Source: Pelomyxa schiedti
Taxonomy: Eukaryota; Protista; Evosea
Direction of reading: 5' to 3'
Length of the DNA: 64,000 nucleotides
NCBI GenBank assembly: GCA_020536535.1
Contig: JAHLWZ010000508.1
Location: 27,025-91,024, forward strand
Under the pieces are notes generated by a model. It was not told where the DNA came from. It searched no databases and saw nothing but the letters and a program-made list of their open reading frames with translations. The translations under genes and the position numbers were made by a program. Positions 45,754 through 58,541 of the stretch are shown piece after piece (position 1 is the first letter of the stretch; each line of letters opens with the position of its first letter).

Positions 45754-48700
45754 ATGAGCAACGATGGATCGGACGCCGTCACTGGCGAGACCACTGCTGA
45801 TACCACCACAACTACCAAGCCTAGATCCGGCACCGATCTGGATCCCAAGAGACCGCCACCCAGGCCACAAGGCGGGTTCGTGCCGTCGTCTCCGGACGGT
45901 TCGGCGAAGCGCGCCCCGCGGCCGCTGCCCACGCGGACCAGATCGGGCATCACTCTGGCCACCCGCGCCCCCGGCGTCGCCCTCGCCACGCGGTCGACGA
46001 CGCCCTCGCAGCAGCAGCAGCAGGGCGGGGGGACGACGTCGTCTTCGTCGTCGCCCTCGGCGTCAGTGGCGAGGGTGTCGTCCCCTGGATCTGTTACCGC
46101 GGCGCCTCCCATAAATCTGAGGACGAACTCGCCGGCGTCGACTGCTACGCCACCGCCCCCTGCGTCGCTGTCGCCTCCGCCACCAAAGGGCGACGAGTGC
46201 GACGAAGGGGAGGGCGAGGCGCAGCGGCAGCCTCACAGTTGGACCGCGGTGACGTCACAACCACCGCCGTCCACGTCACCGCCACTTTTGCTCCCCGTTC
46301 ATGCAACGGAAAGAAAAGAAACCGACGGCGATTCTACATCGGTCACAAGTACATCGAATGCGGAGCAATCCACAGGTAGTGAAAGTTGTACTAGTAGTAG
46401 TAGCAGCACCACCATCAGCACCACCACTGAGTCACATCCACCTGATTCGGCATCATTCTTCTCTCCGAGTACACTGACTCGAAATTCCAGCTGGGACCGT
46501 GGACTTGTGCCGCGGTCTGCATCGGGTGCAGTTCCTTTGAGAAAGGAGCTTTTCCTCAAGCACAGGACAGTGACACCAGCCATTTCCAACCAATCAACAA
46601 CTGGGAACCCGTCTGCCACTCCTTCAACTACTACTTCATCACCTCTCAATGGTGCACCAAGTTCTGCAGGCAGTGATGAGGCAGCTACAATTGAAATTTA
46701 CAAGCAACAAGTGCAGTCACAGGTGCAACGTGAAGTCGAAACTGTAAAAGCTGCAATGCACAACAGAGAGAAGCTGCAGCAATTACTTGTTGATGCCGTG
46801 GAAGGAAAAAAAACAATGCACAATGAAATTGACCCATCCCATTTATCAGACATTGAAGTTATTGCACGTGGAGCAGCTGCAAAAGTCTTTAGGTTAGAAG
46901 GAACTTCTTAAACTCACAACTGAAGGAATTTTCTTTTGGTTAAAAAAAAAAACCAGAGCAAAGTACCAACCACCTGGAAAAGGTTCTCAAGTTGTTGCCA
47001 TAAAGCATTATTCTGAGGATTACCTCAATTTTGATGTTCATGAATTCCGCAAGGAAGTTGTCTTAATGAGGTGTCCACTAGTATTGCTTACAACTATGTT
47101 TAGTAACCTTCTCCAGTATCTTGTCTCACCGAAACCTTGCCTGCTGCGTTGGTGCCTGTACTCAGTCACTGTCTAAGTTATATCTTGTGACCCCCTTTTT
47201 CCCCTTCACGTATGTCCCTAGGAAGAGCCTCTCCTTATTTTGACACAAATAAAGGTTGGATAGATTTATAAATCACATTGGTTGCCTTTCGTCACGTTTA
47301 TTATGTCTGACTTCAATCAGCACAAGCGAATGAGGGTCAAGTTGACATACTCACAATTAGTGCCTTGGCAATAGACATTGCCTCAGGAATGAACTATCTG
47401 CATTCACTTGGTCTGATCCACAGGTAATGCATAAGTATCCCTTGTCTGTACTCACCTCTTCTTCAGAGATCTGAAAAGGTATGTCCCGTCTGTGTGCGAT
47501 TTTCAAATTGACCTTGACACACTGCAAGTTCCAACATTCTCGTAACTGAAGATGGCACAGCCAAGGTGATCGACTTTGGAACAGGTTCATAACCATTTTC
47601 TCGAGACACACCAAGCAATAACTTTTTCTGTGTAGTTCGAGTTGTTGACCGATCTCTCATGACCGGCAATTTAGGAACTGGTTTTAAACACTTAATTGTT
47701 TGTGCTGCCCCTAATCACTCAAAAGTACAATACATGGCCCCTGAATTATTTGCATCTCAAAAGTACACTGAAAAAGCTGACGTGTATTCTTTCGCTATCG
47801 GTTGAGCCTCCTTTGATATTTCTGGAACTAAACGCAACAAGTTATGTGGGAAATGTTGACGCGACAAATCCCTTATTCTGACAAAGATTCATGGGCAATA
47901 CCACGTGTGTCTCCCATAATATCCACTAAACTAAGGTTCAATTCTTTCCAAAGTTTCTGTTGCTAAAGGAGACAGACCGCCTATTCCCAAAGACTGTCAC
48001 CCTGCTTTTTCAAAACTCATCAAGTAAATTCCTGTCTTAGTGGCTCATTCAAAGTAACTCATTCTTTCTTTGACAGGCAGTGTTGGCATTCAAATCAGAC
48101 TCGGAGACCCTCTTTCCATGACGCTCTTCATCTTCTCTCCAAAATGACACAAGAATCCGGGGCAAAAACACTGAGAAGGGTGCGCCACATTTCATAAGGA
48201 ATCAACACCTTATCAACATTTAGGCTGCGACAGTTCCTGAGTCAGGTGGTAAACCAGCTCCCAATGAAGACAATGAAACTGTAGTTGTATGCCTTCCACA
48301 CATTGATGAAAACCCCCAAAACTTCAACCAGATAAGCAAGTTCTTGTTGGACTTCTCCATCATCAATGATGCATACCCTCTCAACAGTACTCTGGAGGAC
48401 CAGTTCTATATCACAAACAATACCTCACACAAAATTCGACTTAAGATTGATAAAGTGGCCACCAATGACTACCAGATCTCATTTGTTTTTGCTGCTACTG
48501 TTCTTGAACCGGTAACTTTGTGATCGTGTTTTCCGCGGTAAATTTAACATTGCCTCACATAATAGAAATCCTTCAAGAAAGTGCAAGTGAAATTGAACGT
48601 TCTTAACAAAACTAACACAATTGCGAAAATTCCCATCACCCTTGGTATCATTCCTCATTGCATCCACCCATTTGACAGATATTTCAGGTGAAAACTCTAA

Positions 48701-49713
48701 CAGCATTGAGGCAATCATCCGCTGTGATGCAGGACTTTTTGGAGTGAATCCACAACTTCTTGAGCTTGCCGAAGACAAAGGTCACAAACTTAAACAATAC
48801 CTTTTGCTGTGTCTTTCAGACTAATGCGCCACAGGTTTGTCCATTCCCAGACTTCTTGTGCATCTAGGTTCTGCACTCCAATCCAAAAACGGATTCCGCA
48901 CCAAAAAAGTATTTCTCAGGGCAGCACCTGACTCCACTGAAGTGAGGAAGACAAAGGAACTTCTCAACTTCCACCCTAACGAACACAGTTCAACTTTGGC
49001 AGCCTCAGATACACACACCATTGCTTGTTTAATAAAGGTAAATCTTTTACTTCAAACATATGTGAACTTAGACATATTTCCATAGCTGTGGTTCAGAGAA
49101 CTTCCTGAACCTACTCTCCAAAACATTGAGCTCACTCAAGATATGGATGCTCACGATGTGTCAAAATGCGTTAATTTATTTTCCTCGCAATGTACCGATC
49201 CTGTTCTGAGTGCATGTTCTAGGTTTGTGACCGCGTTTCTTAACAATCCACCAACTCCAACTCAAACAAAAGGTGGTTGTTTAGACTTCTAGCAGAAGCA
49301 ATTTCACACCCGGAAACGGACCTCACGCCTTTTTCTGTTGGTATCTGCAACCTCCCTCTTGCACACAAAATACTAACCACTACACAGCTGCGGAAATGGC
49401 CCCGAATCTTTTCCGGGTGGCCGCACCCTCAATAGAGCTGGCACACATCCTCACTCAGAAAAGTGCGCAGTTCATAGAGTGCATGATACAGAACGAACTC
49501 AACAACCACGTGGCTACCCCGGAAACACCCACCAAACCATCAACAACACCCCCGGCACCTTCGCCATCATCACACAACGACCCAGCAACAGCAACAACCA
49601 CAACATCAACATCAACATCAACATCAGCATCAGCAGCAACAACATCACTACAACCACCGCGGTGCCCACCACCAAAACCAGCATCCACGCAGTCACCCCC
49701 GTCATCTTCATGA
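45754..49713 (+). CDS. TKL-group protein kinase fused to an Ig-like linker and a C-terminal RhoGAP-like domain
   Basis: Kinase: IARGAAAKVF, VAIK, FRKEV, MNYLHSLGLIHR|DLK|SSNIL, KVIDFG, YMAPE, KADVYSF, GDRPPIP. RhoGAP: LFGVNP, IPRLL, GFRTKKVFLRAAPD, HTIACLIK|LWFRELPEP, WLFRLL, MAPNLF. Confidence 0.85.
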
Positions 49714-49893
49714 ATGTAGTGTTTGTACCAGCTACCGCTTTGTATTTGTTGTAAAAAAAGACTCCTCGTTTTTGTGCACAAGAACTAGTTACAAGTTGTG
49801 TGGGCAAAGGCTGGAAATCCCCTAATTCTGTTGCCAAGAACGTGGTGTAGAGTTCAGACCAAATATCCCTCTAGCTCCTGAGCTGTTGGGAGG

Positions 49894-52287
49894 ATGATTC
49901 ACAAGAAGAAAACTGGCGGTACAGCACCCGCACATCATCTACCTAGAGTTTTTTCAGGGAGTCTTCCTTCCCAATCGTCATCTTTTTGGAATGAGAAGGC
50001 GACGAAATTGATGCCTTGGAGAAGGGTAGTCGGTGTGCTGCTGTGTGTGGTGCCACTAGTACGTACACTGCCGTTTTTCGTTCCCCAGACACACCCAATG
50101 ACAGGTCGGGATTATGGGAGTGCGTACGGTTGGGCTGTGGGACCCGCGTGAGACGTCGTTGTTCATGACAGGGGACGTGGTCCTCGTTGTGTCTGCCGTG
50201 GCACTCCACGTCATCAAAACCTGGGGAAATACGCAACTGCAGGCGTGTCCGGCAGATAAATTATCCGTTGCCAACTACCATAATCACGCCGACGTGGTTA
50301 TTTCACTCGTGGTAAGTTTTCATTTTATTATTCCACTGGCTTAATTAAATTAATCCGCCTCTCACACGAAATTTTCTCGTGACAGATAATGGTGTTTTCA
50401 CTCAGTGCGTTTGGGTTTGATTTTACCCTTGCTACAAGCATTCTGTATAGGTGCTATCCATACTGCGGGCCAAATCCGGACTATTCCACAATTCCTGAGA
50501 TTCCACAAGTTATAGCCTTGTTCGTTAGTTCCACTGGCAGCGTAAGTGTTCCTTGATTCGATACAACCCTCCCTCAAACAATAAAATAAACTCCATTCTC
50601 TCTTACGTATCTTTCCTGAATTTACAGCTCCTTTTAGCTCTGTACGAAATACTTTCTTTCAGAGGAAAAAGTACAGGCTCATGGCGCTGTTTTATTTATT
50701 AACTATGGACAGATTTACTATTGATGCTTCTATGCTCACTTTCTGTGGTACTGGTACAAGGCAACAACCAATAACACTAAAACGTTACACACAGGTTGGA
50801 TTTTTCCTCATGCGAGTTGGGGATGTTCTCTCTTACGTCGTCCCGTCATATATTCCCTTTTGGGAACTGGTTGTTTTTGGAAATTGCTGTTCTTTGGTCA
50901 TTGGGCAAGCAGCAAAAAGCAAGACTTTACTTATATTGGTGGAGTAGCTCCATGTACGTAGGCAAAACCAACCATTAACTGAGATACAGTCACCGATTCT
51001 TGGCACAATTTGCGTCATAATGCTTTCTACAGAAGCGATTTTGAGCCTCCGACTGTGTTATCTGTACTGCCCCCCGTGGCAGCTTACCAAATATCCTGGG
51101 GAGTTGATCTGTGCTTTTGGATCTGTGCGTTGCTGCAAATTATCTTTGGGAATAGTAACCTATTGATATAGCTCTTGAATGTACTAACTGGAATGATACT
51201 ACTTTCCAGCCTCAAAGGTACACTTAGATTAATGTTTGTGGTTTAACTGTAAGCATTAGTGAACATAAAATCCGCCGCTACATCGGCGTTCATTTTCATT
51301 ATTTGTATGGTAAAGAAAGAAAAAGTAATGCACCGTATTGACATTCAAGTGAGATTGGCTACCTGGCCGTTAGAATTGGACAGATAAAAACCATGACGAT
51401 AATGTCTTTCCGCATCATAATCCCTGACGACGTTTTGGTTGTCACTGCTTCTTTTTGCTACGCAATTGGAATGTCGCCAAAAGACTCACCAGTTTTGATT
51501 GCTGTGAGTTTGCGATTTACTCATAATCGTCTCTACTCACTTCAGAACTAGGCACCCATTTTTTCATTAACTGCATTTACTACCATGTTACCCAAGGCTG
51601 TTTATTATAGCGGTCTTGACTTATTCCAAATATCATTTTACGTTGCTTCAATCGGAGCAGTATGTGAGAAACGAAGAGGGAAGGAATACATGTAACTCTT
51701 ATCAAAGCTTGTTGCGGGTGTCATCAGTTTGTACCAGCTACTCAGCACCAATAGTAGCCGAAACAAGCTAAGCATGCGTGCTGTTGTGATTCCAACTTTA
51801 TGCTCCATTCCCACAGTGGTATATAGACTTCCAAAACGAGACTCGTACTGAAGGTTTTATTTGTAGGTTGGGATTTCCGTCAAGATGGCGGCGGCATTTT
51901 GGTATCCTTACACGCCAGATGAAGAAGCTCTTCCGGTGGATTTATTTGCACTCGCGTGCCTGGTGTGTTTCCTGCATTGCAGACTTTCTCATTCGGTTAT
52001 AGAAGCTCTCATTGTAAGTTGTTCCCGCCAATTTCTTTTTCTTGGTTTTCACATCTGCCCTACTACTACAGACCGAAATTTCCGGCATAACTGCATTTTT
52101 CTTGCAGTTCTTTGATTCCGCGGCACTCCTGCAACTGTGCAACCCATATTGTGACCGCGGAGACAAAACCAGAGCCGCCGGAATGGTTCTAGTATCTCTC
52201 GGCTCAGTTAACTTCACCCGTATCTCGTATCCACCCCAAGAGCTAATGCAACCCAATAGGCCGCACTCTCCCTTATCACCCTTATGA
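49894..52287 (+). CDS. Hypothetical multi-pass membrane protein (many small exons; boundaries approximate)
   Basis: A series of hydrophobic exons between GT-AG introns (e.g. FFLMRVGDVLSYVVPSYIPFWELVVFG, GITAFFLQFFDSAALLQLC). No family was recognised. Confidence 0.5.
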
Positions 52288-52616
52288 CTCTGAAGCATCT
52301 AATACAGGCTCCCCCTGTTCGTCACACCACCCACCGCGTCTGATGGTGACCATCAAAAACATCCATAACAGAGAAAGCAACCCCCCAAAAACCCGCCAAA
52401 TACCAGTTCTCCGCCATCTGCCTCGCTGCTTTCCGCCACATTTCATCACATCAAGATTTACCTAATAAGTCCAACACCCACTTCCACCTTCGTAGACCTG
52501 GAATTTCCACGACCCAAATCGCGTAGGTAGCAGAGTCGTATTCTCCTAGCCGAAAAGTCCAACAATACACAAAAACAACAACAAACCAACAAGCGCCCCC
52601 CCACACACATACAACA

Positions 52617-53534
52617 ATGTTGTTAACCACAAACAAAACAACAAACATGATGATGAGTTCATCACCACCATCATCACCATCACAAACAACTGATTCCTGT
52701 TGTTCATCATCAACACACTCACCTTCAACAGCAACAACAACAACAACAACAACTACTACCACGGTGACATACAATCAAGGTGGTGGTTGGTCTGTAACTT
52801 TGACATTTGTGATGTTCCGGCCTGTCACAACTCATTCATCACTGAAGGAGTTCCTGTGGGCTGTGTCCGAGTCCGTTGCAGACAGCCTACTTGTTGTACT
52901 CAATGACCAGGGCCAGTCTCTGGCCACAAACTACCGGAGCCCGCAATCTCACTCACCACCCTTCAGAATACAGCAATTACCATCATCACCACAACAACAG
53001 CAACAACAACGCAACACACAATCACAGTCATCATCGGCTGGAATTGCCCAGCAAGGGCCATCGTGGATTGATGTTAATATTCCATCAGGGGAGAGGGCTA
53101 CTGTGTATGAGGTGTGGGCCTTGCTGGTTGCTGGGATGTATGACAGAGTCTCAATGGTCACCAACCGGGTTCTTCTGCAACTGGAATCTGAGAACCAACA
53201 GCCTCAGCAACAGGGAGGCAGCACTGATACCAGTGCCTATGTCCGGAATCATCACTATAACCAGCAAGATAAGGACCAAGAACATAGAACCACCGGGAAA
53301 GGAATTCCACCCGATCGCGGTGATTCTAGAATGGATGAGAATATGATAGATGATAATACCAGTACCGCTATTGTGAAGGAGAGGGTTGTGCACTGGTCTA
53401 ATGCGGTGTGTCACACCCCAAGCGGAGAATTCTTTGCATGCATTTCCATTGGCAAATTTGTGCCGCGTGACTTCGACGTGAGGGCACATGATTTAGCATC
53501 GGAATTGGAGAGCATTCTATTCAGGGAGCTATGA
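52617..53534 (+). CDS. Hypothetical intronless protein (305 aa) with S/T- and Q-rich tracts
   Basis: ATG-initiated single ORF with ordered-looking segments between low-complexity runs. Confidence 0.6.
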   Translation: MLLTTNKTTNMMMSSSPPSSPSQTTDSCCSSSTHSPSTATTTTTTTTTTVTYNQGGGWSVTLTFVMFRPVTTHSSLKEFLWAVSESVADSLLVVLNDQGQSLATNYRSPQSHSPPFRIQQLPSSPQQQQQQRNTQSQSSSAGIAQQGPSWIDVNIPSGERATVYEVWALLVAGMYDRVSMVTNRVLLQLESENQQPQQQGGSTDTSAYVRNHHYNQQDKDQEHRTTGKGIPPDRGDSRMDENMIDDNTSTAIVKERVVHWSNAVCHTPSGEFFACISIGKFVPRDFDVRAHDLASELESILFREL

Positions 53535-53982
53535 TGACAACTATCCTTGTTAGTCAGAAGCAACCATGATTTGTAGCAATAAAAAAAATATGAAAATAAC
53601 CGAGTTTATACTTACAAGTTTAACTCCCTGGTAAGTGCCACCCTCAGATAAAAGTGCCAAAGTTACAATCGCGGAATTTGATGAAATGCGCATCATACTT
53701 GCACACCTGTTCACTTCTTACATAATAATTTCGTTATTGCAAACAAATAAACAAGTAAAAAAACAAACCGTCAGAGGGGAAGGTGCAAGGGGGCAGTTAG
53801 TCAATCCCACAATTACAAGCCAAGCCAAAACGACAGTTGACAAGTGAGACCGTAGTGCTGGATGGGAAGAATACTACATCACGCACCATCAAACGACTCA
53901 CTCTGACTCTGAAACGATCTACTGACGCCTTACGTGGAGGTAAAACAGACGAAAAGAAGTTTTCCGTTATGGGAAGATCGAA

Positions 53983-54082
53983 NNNNNNNNNNNNNNNNNN
54001 NNNNNNNNNNNNNNNNNNNNNNNNNNNNNNNNNNNNNNNNNNNNNNNNNNNNNNNNNNNNNNNNNNNNNNNNNNNNNNNNNN
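53983..54082. other. Scaffold gap (100 N) with duplicated flank
   Basis: 53862-53982 is repeated at 54083-54203. Confidence 0.95.
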
Positions 54083-54339
54083 ATGGGAAGAATACTACAT
54101 CACGCACCATCAAACGACTCACTCTGACTCTGAAACGATCTACTGACGCCTTACGTGGAGGTAAAACAGACGAAAAGAAGTTTTCCGTTATGGGAAGATC
54201 GAAGAAAAAATGCATCAATCAACACTGAAAAACGCCTAATCAATCGGCGCACACAATCACAAAAACTACCGCCGATTGCGGACAGGCATCCCACAAGCGC
54301 AACCTGTCATCCCCTTTCAATCGAACCCCCGCACGGGAA

Positions 54340-57300
54340 ATGGATAAAACCCACGGTGTGCCCCTTATGGGTTTCTATTGTTGTGTCTGTATACCACTAA
54401 TCAGTACTTACATAATACAAATACACTTACCAAACAAAAAAGGTAGCACAGGTGATAAACAGAGCAGCAATACTGAAAGCAGTGCATGCTGTTGTGTTGA
54501 TGCATGTCCAAAGGATTTGAACATTTGGTGTGGTGGCTTTTGTTGGGCCCAGGAACTGCTTAATACTGTGAACCCAACGCGTTCAATGTATCCTGATGAT
54601 GATCAACACACTGATACCTCCCCCTTGGCTCCTCCTCCAGCTGGTACTGCATATGGAACTGGTGAGGGAATCAGCAAAAGGAGACTGTCACCGAAGGAAT
54701 CGTGTATTTTGGGGTGTGGCTGCTCAGACGCCTACGCATTAGAGGAAGGTGACTTGGCTAGCCTCACAGAAAAGGATAATGGGAGAAGAAAGCTTTCGTG
54801 GCTGAAAGTGGCGAAAAACGCTATTATGCGGCCGATTGATTGGTATTTTGAGCTATTGTGGAGGTGTAGATGGTTCACTGTTGTGATATTCGCTGTTTTT
54901 TTTGCCCTGTCAGTCGTGTGGGCACCAAAGTTGCTGAGCGTAACTGCGATTGAATTCGCTGCTCCTAAAGGAACCTTGGTATTCTTTCATTTCGAGTACT
55001 CAAAACTTAACTATCCAAAGGGCTATGATGCAAGAGAAGCTTTTGATAGTTTATTCGAGCAGTACGGTGGTACTCAAACCGAGATCGTATATGTGTCACG
55101 CAACATTTCAAGCCCGGATGGTGTATTATCTGAGTATACAGAGAATTTCACTTATGCATTGTTGAATGCAACAAAATACTTTGAAATGCCCAGTTGGGTG
55201 CTGGTATAGTACACTTCAGTTCACTTTTGTTTCTTGACCACTACCAGGACTTTCAATCTTTTTATACACTCTGTGACATCGGTTTGGAGCCGATTGGCCG
55301 TATGTTTTGCAGTTTTGTAACTATTTTCTTAATGGGTGTTTTCCTTCACTTTGTGAAGCGCAGAGGGTCTAGTGGCTTCTGACAACCATTCGTGTCTGAT
55401 TAACATGGTTACACCAGTTGACCAAAATAGTACATCCAATCATTTTATCGATTATATTGATGACTTCATTCGAGACTGGCCAAGTGGTACCTATTCATTT
55501 TATCTCTTTAGTTATTCGGTGCTAAAATATTATAGATCCAGAATATACCATTCAAAGAACCGGTCAGAGTATTATAACCGCTGACTTTTTGGATTTGGTA
55601 CCTTCTGTCACGGCTTCTCTTATAACAAGTATTAGGCTAGTTCTGAGATGATAATCTCTGATGCAATATCTATTTCGATTGCCATAATTGTTAGCCAACT
55701 AGTTTCGTTCAATTTGGTAACTTATCTTAGGTGTTATTAGTGATGTTGAGGTCCCTTGTCCTTATCGTCATTCCCCTTGTGAACTTAGCGGTATGCGGTT
55801 ACTCAATTGCTAGTTGATGACTGGAAACAGATCACCATGGCAACCTCTTTTGCTCTTGTGTATTTACTAGCTCTTGCCATGCCCGTTGCATCCTACAACC
55901 CTGCCATCATGTACATTCTCTCTCTCAGTCTTTATATACAAACTCTACTCAGGATGGCTGTGATCGTCGCTATGTCTATAGGCAACAGATATACTACAAG
56001 CATTCTTCACTTCTAATATTCCTTTAAGATTACTCTTTGTTTCTCCTTCGGCGCTACCGAGAGGAATTGTTAAACTCGTAGATTTTCCCTCATAACTTCT
56101 CCCACATAACCTTATTAGAGAAGACACACAGGAAGCAAAGAGAAATGCTGTAAAACAAATGCTGGAGCACGCAGGTCGCGTTGTGTTGGTGAGTGGTTCA
56201 ACATTAGCACTTACGTTCATTGGATTGGTACTGGCCAAAATAAGTCAAATCCTCATCTAACACGCCGTAGGTACTCTTAAAAATGGGACTTATGACTTCC
56301 CTTGGCTTGAGTGCCGCAATATCCCTGGGTTGCACTGTTGTTGTCAACTTGGTCAGATGTTATCCCATGCCTTCCTTTTTTAATTCATTTCAGGCTCTAA
56401 CACCCAGTCTTTTATTGTGCTTTCCTAATTTCTTCAGCATCAATGGCATCTTTCCATTTATTGCTTCATGTCGGAAGAAGCCTAGTATTCCCACTCTCGA
56501 AGAAAAGGTGTCACTACGCTTCTTTCTAATTTTTTTTCATTTTCCTTTCAGATGGAGACACAAAAAAAATCATTCTGGTATCGAATTCCAGTGATCCTCA
56601 CGCAGACCAAGACTGGTCTCATAGCTCTCATAATTTGTCTGATTGTATTGACACCTATTATTGCCCTTGTCTGCAAGTTTACCTACACAACTGATGCGAC
56701 TCTCGTATTCGCTGCAGATCTGCCAGGAATGGAGGTACATTTCGTATTTTCTTTCCTCAGTTTCCTCACAAAGTATAGTGCCTCAATGACATGATGGCAG
56801 ATTTTCCCCCTGGAGTGTTGTACCCATTTTACTTTTTCCCTGTCAATAGAATAAACGGTTCCGCACCAATATTCACGCAGCAGTACTTTGATTCCAGTCA
56901 GGAGCTCATTAGAGATATCCTCGATGTTTCCAACGGGAGGGTTGAGCCAACGGGAATACGTGGAATTTCGTACCTGGCTGGGAGTGACGTTCCTATGTGG
57001 TATGCAAGTGGGATGATGGATCCAACCAATCCCTTGTATTACTATGACTATGCACCATCCTACAGGTTTATTTCCACTTTAGTGGAAAACGTTAATTTAA
57101 TTCTTTGATACAGATATTTAACAGCTACAATGATGAGTTCAACGTCACCTCCTTCGAGTGCTCTTTTTGTAGTCGATGTGAATTTCAACCCTAACAGTAA
57201 AGAAACGGACATATGGATTGCCGACATGGTTGATCTCCTGGAAGGAATAAAATACAACGGGAATGAATCCTCCCCGTATTCATGGTAAGCCGTTCCCTAA

Positions 57301-58449
57301 CTTGGAGCTATCAGTGACTTCGATTGCTAGGTTCTTCACAAATGTAATGGTTGATCAGTATTTCGCAGCTAGGGGTGTCTTTGACAACTTCCCGTTGATG
57401 GTTGGTGTGACTTGCGCTGTTGTGGTGAGCCTTCTACCTCAAAATTCTTTTACGTTCACATGTTCTCAAAGATTCTGCTGGCTGCACTGTCGTTCCGTTC
57501 GGTTCTACTCCCAATCAGGATGTTATTCACCCTTGGTCTCACAGTCGGCTGGGTTTATGGATTTGCAGCCTTGGTGTACTGCATTATAACTGACACAGAC
57601 CTGTATTGGTTCCCCCCGCTCATTGTGTTCTCTGTCATTGTGGGTATGCTTTCCCGTTTTCNNNNNNNNNNNNNNNNNNNNNNNNNNNNNNNNNNNNNNN
57701 NNNNNNNNNNNNNNNNNNNNNNNNNNNNNNNNNNNNNNNNNNNNNNNNNNNNNNNNNNNNNACAGTCGGCTGGGTTTATGGATTTGCAGCCTTGGTGTAC
57801 TGCATTATAACTGACACAGACCTGTATTGGTTCCCCCCGCTCATTGTGTTCTCTGTCATTGTGGGTATGCTTTCCCGTTTTCCGTGGGAGTGCTAAATCA
57901 CAAAACAAGGTCTGGGCGTTGACTATGATGTTTTCTTATTTTCCAGGGTTACTGAATACAGAATGGAAGGTTACAAAACTGATGCGGCGATAAGGAATGG
58001 TTACTATAATACCGGAAGTGTCATAACCGGGGCCGGCCTTGTTATGGCCGTAGCCTTTTGCGGCTTGCTAATATCCAAGCAAAAACTACTCCAGGTGTGC
58101 ATCCGCCATTAACTTCCTTCGGCCCTGATAACATTCTAACATTCCGCTATACAAGCAACTTGGATTCTTCCTGGTTCTTGCTGTTTTACTGGACACATTT
58201 GTAATAAGAGCCGTAGTAGTTCCGCCGCTCCTGCACTTTTGCAAAGCCCTGAATTGGTGGCCCAGCCCACTGCCCCCGGCCGACAAGGAAGAATTCGACC
58301 AATATGACCAGAAGTTCAGCACTGATGACCTGCACATGGACGACCTGGCAACACAACCAACAACACCTTCCCAGGAGGGTGATGATGGCCAGCCCACTAC
58401 TCACAAATCCCACCACAAACACCACTCTTCCTCAGCTTCCTCCTCATAA
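54340..58449 (+). CDS. MmpL-family (RND superfamily) multi-pass lipid transporter with Cys-rich N-terminus
   Basis: Two MMPL repeats: RSLVLIVIPL...AMSI|DYSLFLLRRYREE...AGRVVLVSG...LTPSLL and FRSVLLPIRMLFT...GLGVDYDVFLFSRVTEYR..G...AIRNG...TGSVITGAGLVMAVAF...LDTFVIRAVVVPPLL...NWWPS. Both Asp-Tyr pairs are present. The gene spans one N gap. Confidence 0.88.
57662..57761. other. Scaffold gap (100 N) with duplicated flank
   Basis: 57541-57661 is repeated at 57762-57882. Confidence 0.95.
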
Positions 58450-58541
58450 TATTTAATCACCAATTTAACAATAGCAATAACGGAGAATAAGTTTCCGTTA
58501 ACACGGGGAGAAAGGAACTTGCTTCAATTCCTTTGGGCATT

